Shown: positions 36,019 through 50,400, numbered from the stretch's first letter. The stretch: DNA of 64,000 nucleotides from Dendrobates tinctorius (GCF_039654945.1 NW_027361684.1:65162001-65226000); one strand, 5' to 3'. The notes: generated by a model from the letters alone, not told the origin. Made by a program: numbers and translations.

Positions 36019-36763
36019 CCTACTGATGTCTCAATTAATTTAACTTTTATTGGTATCTATTTTTATTTTTGAAATTTACCAGTAGTTGCTGCATTTTCCA
36101 CCCTAGGGTTATACGCGAGTTAATAAGTTTTCCCAGTTTTTTGTGGCAAAATTAGGGGGGATGGCTTATACTCGGGTCGGCTTATACACGAGTAAATACG
36201 GAAGGTTATTTCTTTTTATTTGTTTTTGTGTGGTTTTTTACATGCGTTTTTATCACGTTTTTGACGCCGCATTTTTTGTCTCCTTTTGGTATGTCATGCT
36301 TTAAATATAGCTGCTTTCTTTTTTTTATATTTCCTGGTATTTGACAAAATGTTACTATTAAAGTCATGTGCAGAATGCATGGGTTTTTTTTATGCGTTTC
36401 CACTGCGGAAGCTCACTAAAAACGCATGTGCATTTTTTACCTGTGGATTTTCCGCATCTAATACTAATCTATGGGAAAAATCTGCAAAAAAAACTCAGCG
36501 TCCCCGCAAGAGAAATGTTCATGTTGTGGATTTCAAACACGCACCACAGGTCAGTTTACACTGAGTAATAATAAAGAACCATCGGCATGAAATTTCTATA
36601 ATCCCACTCACTTTGCTGGAACTATAAGCTGCTCCATTTCTGACACACTGAAAATACACACAGCCTTATATTTTCGGCAATTTACTTTGCTGTGTGAGGG
36701 TTTGTTTTCCAGGACAAGTTGTAGTTTTGAACGACACCACTAGTTCTGGTTGCGCCTTCGTAA

Positions 36764-37142
36764 GGTTACTTTTAGACAAGCGTTCTGAGCTGCAGCACAG
36801 GGTTGCCACTAAGCTCTGCCCCCGGCCACGCCTCCTCCAGTCAGCTCCTCCTATGATCGCATGACACTGCATGCAAACAGTGTACCCTATACCCAGCGTA
36901 CGCCGAGCGCACAAAAATGCAACATGGCGCATTTGGCACACATCGGCTCAGCGCCAAAAGGGCGCATGCGCCTGCAAAATCATACCAGCGCACAGCTAGC
37001 GTACCCAACGCTAAGTATAGGGTACACTGATCGCATGCAGAGTCATGCGATCATAGTAGGAGCTGACCGTAGGAGGCGCGGCCAGGGTGTAGCTTAGTGG
37101 CGGCCCTGTGCTGCGCCTCAGAACGCTAGTCTGAAAGTAGCC
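36764..37142. mobile_element. Palindromic Harbinger-type MITE
   Basis: taa-GGTTACTTTTAGAC ... GTCTGAAAGTAGCC-tta; whole body is an inverted repeat; half-copy at ~62690-62892. Confidence 0.8.
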
Positions 37143-37302
37143 TTACACAGCCAGCATCTGCTGGAGAAGGATCAGGCTCATTTTCTGACACCTCTTAATA
37201 CATACCTATGCTGACTGTGATATTCAGAAATGTCAAGATGAACAAAGTGGTTAATGATCACATATACAGCTTGTGCCTTTTCTCTCATATGAGCCACTAG
37301 TA

Positions 37303-39350
37303 CAGTTGCATGTAAAAGTTTAGGTATCACTGGTCAAAATTACTGTTATAGTGAACAGTTAAAGTTAACTGCCGCTGTCCGGTCCACTGGGCGGGGCTTA
37401 TTCAACTGCTCCCCCACTCCCTGTCTTGCTCTATGCATTTCTTCTTGCGTAGAGCAAAACAGGGAGGGGGGAGCATTTGAATAAGCCCCGTCCATTGGAT
37501 CCAGACCGTGGCAGTTTACATACATCTGAACTGATATAAGAAAGGTATTTATGCATGAAAGGTGCGGGGTCAGTGGGAAGCAAAAGAACTAAGAGAATCC
37601 TTATGTGACACACAATTGAATTACACCATTATATGATATCTCAAAAAAGGGGTGACAGATTCCCTTTAAGCAAGTTGTGATTATGATCATTTTCCATTTG
37701 TAGAAGCAGACCACTTTCCAACATCAACTTTTATTGATTTAAGTTTGTATAAAGAAATTAAAAATTTTCATTTAATCCATTCTTTTGCCATTGGGTGAAA
37801 CACAATCCCAAGGCATGATTGATTACCTCTTCCCCATGCTTAATGGTTGATGAGATGTTCTTTTCATGAAATTTTGTGCCATTTTTTCTCTACATTTACC
37901 TTTTATCATCGTTTTATTTTAACCTCATCGGTCCACAGGACTTGTTTCTAAAATATATCAGGCTTGTTTAGATGTTCTTTTGCATACACCTGATGCTGAA
38001 TTTTATGGTGAGGACACAGGAGAGATTTTCTAATGACTCTTCCATGAAGGTTATATTTGTGCAGGTCTCCCTAAACAGCAGAACAATGTACCACAACACC
38101 AGAGTCTGCTAAATATTTCTGTATGTCTTTTGCAGTCAAGCGGGGGTTCTGATTGCCTCTCTAGCAATCCTACAAGCAGCTCTCACTAAAGCTGGAGTCA
38201 CGCATAGCAAATTACCAACGATACCGACACCGATATCAAGGTGTCAGGATCGCTGGTAAGTCGCTATGTGATCGCTGGTGAGCTGTCACACAGACAGCTT
38301 CACCAGCGATCAGCACAGTGATGCCGATCGCCCGGCATCGCTTGCCATCCCTGTAAAAAATAGAATTAAAATAAAAAATATTGTTATTCTCACCTTCCGA
38401 CGTCCCGCGCAGCATTCCCGCCTCTCTCCACGCTCCGGTCCCAGTACTCCTTTGTGAGAATGACCACGAGACGTCACGGTCTCGCGAGAGCGCAAAGTCT
38501 CGCGGTCATTCGTGCAAAGGTTTACTGGGACCGTAGCGTAGAGATAGGCGATAATACTGCGCGGGACGTCGGAAGGTGAGAATAACGATATTTTTTATTT
38601 TAATTCTATTTTTTACAGCTGATCGCTGGTCTCCCGCCTGTCACACGCAGCGATGCGTGCTGGCCAGCGGGAGAACAGCGACCAAAAAAATGTCCAGAGG
38701 TTTCTTACAGTGATCAGCGATACCGGCAGGGGGGCCGGTCGCTGATCGCTGTCACGCACAGCGATCTCGCTGGTGAGATCACTGTTATATCACAAAAGTT
38801 GTGACTCAGCAGCGATATCGCTAGCGAGATTGCTGTGTGTGACTCCCGCTTTAGACCTTATCTTGACTTCCACTGTTCCTGTTTACTGATTTGCTGTCTT
38901 CTTAAAACATTCTCAAGCTTTGTGGGCCTCCATTTTCATTTTCAGAGTCCTAGGCGGTTGCTTAGAAGAACCCAAGGTTGCTGATTTTTGGCACAAGGTT
39001 AGAGGAGGCTGTGTTTTTATAAAGCTGGGAAATGTGCATCACCTGGCTTTTCCTAACAATGTTAGTGAACAAGCCATATCCCTAACAGCCGAATTAAGGT
39101 CTGAGACCTTGGTCAAAGTTATCTGAGCACACAAATCTCCAAGGGTGTTTAAACGTTTGCACTGGACTATTTTCCTTTTTGTTATTTTTAATATGTAAAA
39201 AAAGACAATTTTTTTTTTTGCCTACATTGCAAAGGACATGTGTCATCTTTAACTTTAGCTCTTTTAGAGATCATTTTATTTTCAACTTGCTTAACTGGTC
39301 ACAATTATAGTAATTTTGATCACGGGTGCCCAAAATTTTACTTGCCACTA
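37303..39350 (-). mobile_element. Tc1-like element, internally deleted, with nested MITEs
   Basis: TA flanks, CAGTTGCATGTAAAAGTTT / AAATTTTACTTGCCACT ends, minus-strand transposase-like remnants near 37790-38180. Confidence 0.65.
38190..38850. mobile_element. Long palindromic Harbinger-type MITE
   Basis: taa-AGCTGGAGTCACGCATAGC ... GCTGTGTGTGACTCCCGCT-tta; near-perfect central inverted repeat 38352-38618. Confidence 0.8.
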
Positions 39351-40578
39351 TACATGCTAGTGAGTTATTGGTATTAGTTATCAATTAGGCATCTTATCTT
39401 TGTTTGCAATTTGGCACTGGTGCAGATGGTTAGCCACAAGGATTTGGTTGTATAGTGTCTAGTGAGTGATAGCCCAATGTTAAAGGCTTCAATCCTTTAT
39501 GGCTCAATAGTTTAAAGTGTAGTCCATTGTGAAGCTTGTAGCCTTATGGATCATGAAGTTGGTAATATACTTTAGGTGGCTGTTGGCTGAATGGTCATTC
39601 ATCTGGCAGGCATCATACACTGACCCTTTTGCCTTATACTTGCATTTTTGACAGAATGTTTCATATGTTCCCACTGGTGGCTTAGAGACACAATTGGGTT
39701 GTGCCTATTTCCAGAGATAACAAACAGATCAGGGGTTAAAATTCAACATGTTTGATCTTTCTTCTCACGTACATCACCTGTCAGGGAACATTTGAGGTCC
39801 CCGTTCAGATAAGATAACCAGTCCTGTTGAAATTCTATAGGTTCAGAAGACTTTTTGCTAGATAGCCAAATTAAGTTACTGTGATTCTAGTAGAGCTTAT
39901 GTTGAACTTCATAAACCTGCATATTCTAAAATCTATGTAACTGTATGTGAGGTTCATCATGATCATGAGAGAGATAATGGAATACACGTCAATTGTTAGA
40001 CGTTCTGTCTTTTCCAGTCTATACATTGGTGGAAGAGCAATTAGTATTAAATTGAGTGAGTTCGATTCATTCCAGATAGTTGTCTCATCCACTTTATCTT
40101 GGCTAAACTCATGACATAGTCAACATAGGGGGAACATTAAATAGATGCAACTGAGTTTTATTATTAAAGATAAGCACATTGGTTTAAGACAAAATGTGTT
40201 CATTACAAATAATTCAGATTTGCCCAAATCCATTTTTCTTCTTATTTGCTTCAGGCAAATCCATTAAAATGATGGCTGGCCCCCATTTTTTGGGGAAAAA
40301 ATAATATGTCAGGAAGGGGTTAAAAAAAAATCTGAAAATATTATACTCACCCAACCCTCACTCATTCCACCACACATACCAACCCCGATACAGGTGTCTT
40401 CTTCTGTCTAGTAACCGGTGTTGTCTCTTTACTTCATTTTGTTTTTCCAATATTTATCATGCTCAGGAGTCTGGAGAAACCGTAGAGCATAATCATATTA
40501 ATTTTCGAGCAGAATTCAATTGAATCTACCAAATTTCAGCAGATTCAGCTGTCCACATGCATGATATTTAAGCACTTA

Positions 40579-41946
40579 CAGTGGGGGAAATAAGTATTTG
40601 ATCCCTTGCTGATTTTGTAAGTTTGCCCACTGACAAAGACACAAACAGTCTATAACTTTATAGAATTTCAAAAATAAAATCCAGAAAATCATATTGTATA
40701 CATTATATAAATTTATTTGCATTTTGCAGTGAGAAATAAGTATTTGATCCCCTACCAACCATTAAGAGTTCTGGCTCCTACAGACAAGTTAGACACTCCT
40801 AATCAACTTGTTACCTGCATTACCAGCTGTCTTCCATAGTCATCTTTATAAAAGACTCCTGTCCACAGACTCAATTAATCAGTCAGACGCTAACCTCTAC
40901 AACAGGGGCAAGACCAAAGAGCTTTATAAGGATATCATGGACAAGATCATAGACCTGCACAAAGCTGGAATGGGCTACAAAGCCATAAGTAGGATGCTGG
41001 GTGAGGAGGAGACAACTGTTGGTGCAATAGTAAGAAAATGGAAGAAATACAAAATGACTGTGAATCAACATTGATATGGGGCACCATGGAAAATCTCACC
41101 TCGTGGGGTATCTTTGATCATGAGGAAGGTGAGAGATCAGCCTAAAACTACATGGGGGAACTTGTTAATGATCTCAAGGCAGCTGGGACCACAGTCACCA
41201 AGAAAACAATTGGTAACACATTACGCCATAAGGTTTAAAAACCTGCAGTGTCCGCAAGGTCCCACTGCTCAAGAAGGCACATGTGCAGGCCCACCTGAAG
41301 TTTGCCAATGAACACCTGGATGATTCTGTTAGTGATTGGGAGAGGTTGCTATGGTCTGATGAGACAAAAATTGAGCTCTTTGGCATTAACTCAACTCGCC
41401 ATGTTTGGAGGAAGAGAAATGTTGCCTATGACCCAAAGAACACCATCCCCACTGTCAAGTATGGAGGTGGGAACATTATGTTTTTGGAGTGTTTCTCTGT
41501 TAAGGGCACTGGACTAATTCACCGCATTAATGGGAGAATGGATGGAGCCAAGTACCGTAAAATCCTGAGTGACAACCTCCTTCCCTCCGCCAGGACATTA
41601 AAAATGGGTCGTGGCTGGGTCTTTCAGCAAGACAATGACCCAAAATATATAGCCAAGGCAACAAAGGCTTTGATCAAAATGAAGCACATTAAAGTCATGG
41701 AGTGGCCTAGCCAGTCTCCAGACCCTAATCCCATAGAAAACTTATGGAGGGAGTTGAAGCTCCGAGTTGCCAAGCGACAGTCTCAAAATCTTGATTAAGA
41801 GATGATCTGCAAAGAGGAGTGGACCAAAATTCCTTCTGACATGTGCGCAAACCTCATCATCAACTACAAAAAACATCTGACTGCTGTGCTTGCCAATAAG
41901 GGTTTTGCTACCAAGTATTAAGTCTTGTTTGCCTGAGGGATCAAAT
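40579..41946 (+). mobile_element. Tc1-like transposon with disabled DD34E transposase; right TIR truncated
   Basis: TA-CAGTGGGGGAAATAAG left end; KTKEL...GMGYKAIS N-terminus (start codon mutated to AGG), [25 protein letters not shown]; stops and frameshifts. Confidence 0.9.
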
Positions 41947-44900
41947 CTCTGACATTAAACTAACGCTTACCAGAAGCGCGTCGGAAATCCCACCTATTGG
42001 TGACCACGTTACATGATTGCAAATCACTGATGGGTCGACATGACAACCAGAGGTCTCCAGTAGACCTCTATGGTTGTCATTTCCAGATTGCTATGAGCGC
42101 TGCCCGGTGGTCGGCACACATAGCAAGTGAGCATTTCTGTTACACACAGGCGATCTGATCATCTCCTGTGTGTAGTAGAGCTGATCAAAGAACTGCCGCT
42201 TCTAGTCTCCCATGGAGACTATTGAAGCATGCAAATAAAAATGTTTTTAAAAATTTTTTAAAAATATAAAAGTCCATATCACCCCCCTTTTGCCCTATTG
42301 AAAATGAAACAATAAAAAAATCAAATATAAACATATTTGGTATCGCCGTGTTCAGTATCGCCCGATCAATATAAAAAAAGAATTAACCCAATCGCTAAAC
42401 GACGTAATGAGAAAAAAGTCAAAAGGCCAGAATTACTTTTTTGGTCCCAGCAACATTGCAATAACAGGCAAAAGGATTGTATCTGCACCAAAATGGTATT
42501 AATAAAAACGTCAGCTTGGCGCGCAAAAAATAAGGCATCACCTAGCACCAGATCACGAAAAATAGAGATGCTATGGATATAGGAAATGGCACCTTTTTTT
42601 TCTAACAAACTTGACTTAGGAAAGTCTGACTGATAGCTTCACTGTAATGACCCCTCCCAAAACCCACACTTACCCCTTCTTAACTTAAATAAGACACGAC
42701 TGCGTGACATTGGATGTAAAAGGCCACAGCAGCCCCGTTTATTAACACCAAACAAGCAATAACATTTTATCCATAAACGTAGAAATATTCCATAAACATA
42801 ACCACCAGCAAAATGAGGGGGGGTAAATGAAGAGTCCATTGTACATGATTGCAACACCAGCTCCACCACGTGCCCTCAGCCGCACCACACCGGCTCGAGG
42901 ACACCCAGCCGAGTGTTGCCCAACCAATATCCTGCTGGGACCCAGCCCAGCAGGGACCCACGTTAACATGCCCCGCTGTGACCCAGCACAGCAGGGTCCC
43001 ACGTTAACATGTCCCGCTGTGACCCAGCACAGCTGGGACCCACCGTAACCAAGTATACCATTGCACCACCAGGGGTAACCTGCTCCTGCACTGGGTTCAC
43101 CCCCCCGCTCTTTGTGCAATCCACCGACTTTAAATACCCCCCTCCTTTCCGCCACCGCGAGCACGTATGACACCTTGTACGTGCGAGTACCACCACCAAA
43201 AAAAAAATCCCAACCCGAGCCGACTGCGGCTCGAGTAACCAATGCTTCTGTACCAAGACCAATCGATCAAAACTGATCCCCATTAGACCTCACAATGCCA
43301 ACCTACACCAAACAACCAGTACAACAAGGTCAGCCACACCCAAGACCTGCAACTAGCCAACCGCATCGTCCAATCTTATGCACCGCCTGCGCGACCAGTC
43401 CCCAACCTGAGCCGCCGCCTCTGCCTCGTTGAGACCGCAACATTGCAGGCGCCTCCGAAAATTGCACTTCACCTAATAATTAATCAAAGCCAAACCATTA
43501 TTGCCGTGAACAAAAGAACCTACATTGGTTTCCCAAACCTCCGATAGATTCTTGAAAATGTGCTCAGTAAAACCCACTATGTAGTCATTCCAAACAGGAG
43601 CCCCTATGAACAACAACATGAGCACGGCTCCCAGGCAGAAAATTGCACTCCACCTGATAATAATCAAAGCCAACCATTATTGACGTAACAACAGAACCTA
43701 CACTGGTTCCTCAACCTCCAACAGATTCTTGAAAAACGTGCCCAGTAAAACCCACTATATAGTCATGAACAACAACACGAGCATAGCTCCCAGGCAGGAG
43801 CATTCAGGCCCGATGTCTCATATCAAACCCCTTGACGCCCCAGCGACCAAGTCTCCACCACACACGTGCAGTACCAAAACGCTGTTGGTCCCGTCAACCC
43901 TGCGTGATAGCATCTATCTTAAAATATCCACCCAACTAGAAAACATAAACCAATCCACCCCGTAATCACCACGACCCGGAAACGAATTAATTGTGTGCAT
44001 CACCCGTGCACTTCGAACCCAGAATCACAACACTATTGTTGCCACCCTCTTACCAAAAGTGAGATGTACTCTGCACCCATTCCCCTCTGAACTGCGGATT
44101 CGACACTACTCACAAAAGAAAGAAAAGCGACTCCACACCACCTGAAGTCCAGGAAATCTCAGACACACAACACGTCTCCTGAAAACCCCAGACACCATAA
44201 ACCCGGGCCATCCGTCAAAACATTGCACTCACCGGTGCCCGATGCTTGTCCACCACTCAGCCTTAAAGCACCGCAAAAAGCACCCCCAAATGGAGCACAG
44301 CCCCAGACGATTACCAGGTCCTTAGAATCATTAAATTAAAAGTCAATGCACATCGCATTAGCTTCCCCTGCCACGGCGTACCACCAGCCCGACATTAATG
44401 AAAGTAATGTTATAGTTGCAACCTGCTCACCCACTACCTAAAGTACACCTCCCCCGCAGCAGCGCTGCATCACAACCGTGTCCCCATAATACCAGCCGGT
44501 CCTGACAAGTGCGCATAACGGAATGAATGACATAGCCATGTATTGCCGGACGGGCTACACCCACGCGGGGGACCATTCACACGGCCATCGAATCAACATG
44601 TCCTGCCTCATGCTGTATACAGAATTCCCAACAAATGGAACAACACCCGCTGGATAAACAAACCGTTCACCAACCAGGACCCCCGAGACCAGTAAAGCAC
44701 ACTCTGGTTACCCAACTCAAATGTTGCATCATCCTTGCGCAACACTTCACCCTAGCCCCCCATCCGGGGGCACCCAAAAACAAAAGACTCTAAGGAGAGC
44801 TGTATACCCAGAAAGCAAAGCAGGACCAGCTGCACCCACAATAAACCTCCTAGCCCATCGTAACGAAAAACTATCCACTCTGTATAATAAACTCCTATGT

Positions 44901-45859
44901 AGCTGCCATCAACGGCTGTAACAAATACCACCCGATACAGTCTGCCAAAAGCTCAATCGGCAACCCTAAAGAACCACAGTGAGAAACCACCAGTCCTTAC
45001 GTACAAAAGTTGTTAAAACTGCCCCTGGGCAGCCACGACCAGCAAATTACCGTAAGAACGCCATATGACTGCAGATCATGCAAAAGCCCCCAGTGGATCG
45101 TAGCCCCACGTATTCAATAACCAAACTCAACCCCCAAAACAGCAGCGCGATATACACGGGAACCTAATAACAACCCCCGACCTGACACGATGTACTCGTT
45201 AACCTAACCTGACTTAGACATAGGGCCCCAGGTGAATCAAACACGTTGACTTATCCAAGCACATGATAACCGTAACTACGCCCTGAGCATGAAGAAACCC
45301 AAAGTAGTTAAGGGTTGGACCATGAACAGAAATAAGCACACCACCTTCCCTAATACCAGATAGTAGTCCCAGGTTGGACCATGAACAGAAAATAAGCACT
45401 GCACCATCCCTAATACCAGATAATCCCCGACTACCACACAGAAACCAAACCACGGACCTCAACAACCAGACATTGACCAACCGTAAAACCCTAGCTCCAC
45501 GCCATATCTACGTACCCCCAGAAATTAACCAGGAAAGCAAATCCGGTAAAAGGTCAACTCCAAGTCCCCCGAGGGAAATGTCTTCCATTGCTGCCAGAAA
45601 GGCAGGTTCCCAAAAGATCTGCCGTCCCAAGCATCTCGACCTCTCCTGAACATCTGCCGCAACAAACCATAATGCCCCTAGTGAACATGAAAACCCTTAG
45701 TACACTCAAAGCCCCTATTGGAGAACCGAACCCGGACCGAGGCATATAAATAAAACACACCGTAATGAAAACTTGACCACCTACCCCCTCACCTCTGACC
45801 AGCAATAGCACACACCCCACTGTAATGTGAAAGATTAAGCCGCCCGATGCACTCCCCAA

Positions 45860-46106
45860 ACAGCTCACCACGTCAGTGAACTGCCATCCAACCCTTATCA
45901 AATACTAGGCGCGGCGATAAAACTGCTCACCACATCAGTGAACTACCATCAAACCCTTATCAAATACTTGGCACGGCGATAAAACTGCTCACCACATCAG
46001 TGAACTACCATCAAACCCTTATCAAATACTAGGCGCGGCGATAAAACTGCTCACCACATCAGTGAACTACCATCAAACCCTTATCAAATTCTAGGCGCGG
46101 CGATAA
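45860..46106 (+). repeat. ~62-bp tandem repeat, 4 copies
   Basis: GCTCACCACATCAGTGAACTACCATCAAACCCTTATCAAATACTAGGCGCGGCGATAAAACT unit. Confidence 0.85.
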
Positions 46107-46465
46107 TCCTCCAGCCCAAAGACCCCATGCCTATAACAATAAACCATAAAACCGGCATGGATATGGCTATCCACCACCGCTCTGCCAATATCCGTATCAC
46201 CACCTGAATTACTCAAAAACCGCCATGGAATCACTACCAGTCATACACAAACACCCAGAGAATGCAAGCACAATTATACCAACCAAAATAAAATGATGTC
46301 GTCACTAGAGTTGAGCGAAACGGGTCGAAAAAATTCAAAAGTCGCCGACTTTTGGCAAAGTCGGGTTTCATGAAATGAAACCCGACCCTAGGATGAGGTC
46401 GGCCACGAGGTCGGCGACTTACGCGCCAAAGTCGCGTTTCAAAAGTTTGTTTTGCGCTCTTTTTC

Positions 46466-46590
46466 AGCCAATCAGGATCCACGGACACTGTGGGCAACGT
46501 GATGACCTAGGCACGGGTCACCACCATCTTTCAGAAGGGCATGCAAGTGATTGGCTTGCTTTGGTGGGCGTCACAGGGGGTATAAAAGGG
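46466..46590 (+). promoter_or_regulatory. Putative hAT transposase promoter
   Basis: CCAAT box (~46468), reverse CCAAT ATTGG (~46550), TATAAAAG at 46581. Confidence 0.6.
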
Positions 46591-46874
46591 CGTGCACGCC
46601 GACCTCCATCTTACTTCTGCCGATCTTAGTATAGGGAGAGGTTGCTGCTGATTCTGTAGGGAGAGCGTTAGGCAGGGAAGAAGACAAAAAAACTGCTTCT
46701 GCTGCTAGCAATTTGGCCTGCACAACACACAAGTCACTGTGTGTGCAGTGCAAGGGGAGGCTATATTGTGGTGTATCAGTGGTGTTGGTTGTTGGGCTGC
46801 CTTTTAAGGCTTCCTGACACGCTGGCATTGCTGTTTACCCACTGCTCCGCAAACTGCTTTTTTAAAAGCAATCC

Positions 46875-47410
46875 AATCTCCCTTATCCTCTAGTCACTTT
46901 TGTCACAGCTGTGCCATCGAGCGTGTCACATAGCGCTCAGATATCAGTGGGCCTCACACAATCCACAAGTGTCCAGTGTCCAAAAGTGTGCGCAGAGATT
47001 CAAAATCTCCATTATCCTCTCGTCACTTTGGTCACAGGCAGCTGTGCCATCGAGCGTGTCACATAGCGCTCAGATATCAGTGGGCCTCACACAATCCACA
47101 AGTGTCCAGTGTCCAAAAGTGTGCGCAGAGATTCAAAATCTCCATTATCCTCTCGTCACTTTGGTCACAGGCAGCTGTGCCATCGAGCCTGTCACATAGC
47201 GCTCAGATATCAGTGGGCCTCACACAATCCACAAGTGTCCAGTGTCCAAAAGTGTGCGCAGAGATTCAAAATCTCCATTATCCTCTCGTCACTTTGGTCA
47301 CAGGCAGCTGTGCCATCGAGCCTGTCACATAGCGCTCAGATATCAGTGGGCCTCACACAATCCAAAAGTGTCCACTGTCCACAAGTGTGTGCAGAAATTC
47401 TAAATCTCCC
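46875..47410 (+). repeat. 133-bp tandem array (about 4 copies) in the hAT 5' leader
   Basis: Near-identical units at 133-bp spacing (e.g. 46976, 47109, 47242). Confidence 0.9.
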
Positions 47411-47486
47411 CTGTCCTATAGACACCTTGTACCTTGTTTTACATTACTATATAGTTTGTTGGATTTTGTCTACATTTCTACCAAAA

Positions 47487-50400
47487 ATGAGGAAGGCTGG
47501 TGGAAGAGGCCGTGGAATTGGGCGGGGGTTGGCAGCTGGTAATGATGGTGGATCTGATGGTAGTGGCAAGAGCAAAATAGGACCGAATGCAGGAGGTGCT
47601 GACCCTGCGTCATCGTCTGGCTACATAAGGCCTCGAACGCTTAGTTTTCTAGGAGTTGGCAAACCGCTTTTAAAGGCAGAGCATCAGGAAAAAGTTTTGT
47701 CTTACATTGCTGACTCAGCCTCCAGCTCTATCGCCTCCTCTTCTTCAGTTGTAAAAAGTAAAAGCACTGAGTCGTCATTGGAGGCTCATGTTCATGAACC
47801 ACACCTTTCCTTGTGTCCTTCACCCCAACCAAGATTGAAGGATGACGCAGGCCATACTACTGATTACTCCATGGAGCTGTTTTCACATACCATGCCTGGA
47901 TTATCAAGTGAAATGGTGAATTACCCAGGCCAAGATGAATCTGACATGGAGTGCACTGATGCACAGCCGCTGATGGATGATTCTGCTGGTACATTCACTC
48001 AGAGCACTACATTGTCCTCGCAGTGTACAGAGCCAGATTCTGACCCTGATGAGACTCAGGTGCCCCTTCTCGCACACTATACCACCATACACGGTGACAC
48101 AGAGGAAGGTGCACATGACATAGAAGAGGAGATGATGGATGACCCAGTTGTTGACCCAGATTGGCATCCATTGGGGGAAGAGGGTGCTGCTTCCAATAGC
48201 TCAGATGAGGAGCATCCACAGCAGACATCGACATCGCAACAGCTGTTATCTGGCAGGCCCGGAGCACTCCAAAGACAGGTTCCAAACATCAAAAGAGTTG
48301 CTGGACAGCTTGTCCAGAGGGTCAAAAGATCACAGTGTGCTAGGCCGCAAAATGTCTGCCAAAGTAGGAAGAGTGCAGTGTGGCACTTTTTTAAACAAAA
48401 TCCTCATGATCAGGCCAAGGTTATCTGTAAGAAGTGCGCAAAGACCTTTAGCCGAGGGAAAAATATGAAAAATTTGAATACCAGTTGCATGCTTAGACAT
48501 TTAACCAGCATGCACTTGCAAGCGTGGACACAACACCAAACCTCAAGTGCCACATGTGCAACTGATCACAACGAAGGTAGTCAGCAACGCTACATTGTTT
48601 CCCCCACTGTAAGCCCACCGGTTAGCACAGCAGCAAATGTTGAGGTGTCGTTGCAAGACCACAGCAGTCAGGGAATCCCACTGTTATATCAACGAAAGAC
48701 TGATTCTAGGCCATCAGAAAGAACACCAACTCCATCACCATCATCAACCCTCTCTCAGTCCGCCCTGTCCACCGCTACTTCCACCATATGCAGCTCTCAA
48801 GTCCAGCTCACCCTCCCAGACACTATGAGTAGGTCAAGAAAGTACTCAGTCTCTCATCCGCGTACACTGGGTTTGAACGCCCACATTGCCAAACTAATCT
48901 CGTTTGAGATGATGCCCTTTCGGTTGGTGGAAAGCACAGCTTTCCGCGAACTCATGGCCTATGCAGTACCACGCTATGACCTACCCAGTCGCCACTTCTT
49001 CTCTCGCAAAGCCATCCCAGCCCTCCACCATCATGTGAAAGACCGCATTGTCCATGCACTCAAGCAGTCAGTGAGCGGAAAGGTGCACCTCACAACTGAT
49101 GCATGGTCCAGTCGGCATTGCCAGGGCCGTTACGTGTCCATCACTGCGCACTGGGTTAATGTGGTGGATGCAGGGTCCACAGGGGACAGCGGTGGTGGGA
49201 CAGTGCTGCCTAGCCCACGGTATAGGAAACAGTTGGCTGTAGGCGTTCGACCCTCCTCCTCCTCCTCCTCCTCCTCCAGAAGCGAAAGCTCGTCCACAGA
49301 GCGCAGTCGTACGAGCACTCCATCTGCAGCTGCCACTGTTGCACACGATGTGTCCCCCTATCGAGCAGCTAGTGGAAAGCGTCAGCAGGCTGTGTTGCAG
49401 ATGATGTGTTTGGGCGACAGACACACCGCCGAGGTGCTGGCCGAGTACTTGAAGCGACAAACTGAGTCATGGCTGGGCAGTGTACATCTTGAGGCAGGCA
49501 AGGTAGTTAGTGATAACGGCCGTAATTCTGTGGCAGCCATAGCCCTTTCAAAACTCAGCCACATACCTTGCTTGGCTCACACCTTGAACCTGGTGGTGCA
49601 GTGCTTCCTCAAAAATTATCCGGAGTTAACAGCCCTGCTCCAGAAGGTGCGAAGTCTGTGCGCGCACATCCGCCGGTCGCCTGTACACTCCGTTCGTATG
49701 CAGAAGCTGCAGCGATTGCTCCACCTTCCCAACCACCGCCTCATTATCGACATTGCAACAAGGTGGAACTCCACCCTGCACATGGTGGAGCGGCTGTGCG
49801 AGCAGAGGCAGGCCATAATGCATTTGTGGGAGGATACACGGCCAGGCACTTTGAGAGCAGACATGGAGTTGACAGGCGTGCAGTGGTCGAAGCTGAAAGA
49901 CCTTTGTAAAGTCCTTCAGTGTTTTGAGGAATGCACACGGCTGGTAAGCGCAGACGACGCCATCCTAAGCATGAGCATCCCACTTATGCGTCTGCTCATG
50001 CAAACTTTGACGCACCTTAAGGAGCAGACGTCTGCAGCCAATGTTGATGAGGAGGAAGAGGAGGAGGGAATCCTTGATGACATTCAGCCATTGTCTGCTC
50101 AGGGACCTCTCCTGGACGAGGTGGAGGAAGAAGAGGAGGAGGAGGAGGATGATGGGGATGATTACTTAGGGGAGGAGGATGCATCTCGTGGGGCAAGTGA
50201 AAATGTTGGCGTGGCACGGTCTGGTACAGGGTTTGTGCGTGACTGGAGGGATGTGGATTTGCCAGAAAGTGCTCCTCCACCCAGCACTCGCAGTGCATCA
50301 TTGACACCGGGAACATTGGCCCACATGTCAGATTATGCCTTGCGGATCCTAAAAAGGGACCCCCGCATTGCCAAAATGATGAACGATGACGACTACTGGT

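Larger units (their letters stand above)
33076..36201. mobile_element. pogo/Tigger-like non-autonomous element
   Basis: 25-bp TIRs CCGCATATACTCGTGTATAAGCCGA / TCGGCTTATACACGAGTAAATACGG; two internal palindromes (about 33210-33410 and 33430-33620). Confidence 0.8.
33004..36665. mobile_element. Degenerate Harbinger-type MITE hosting the pogo-like element
   Basis: taa-GGCTACGTTCACA start and CACACAGCC-tta end (weak TIR match). Confidence 0.45.

Noticed and set aside
47109-47486. N-terminal extension in the 1304-aa ORF call
   Set aside because: GTG start inside the 133-bp repeat; the first ATG is at 47487
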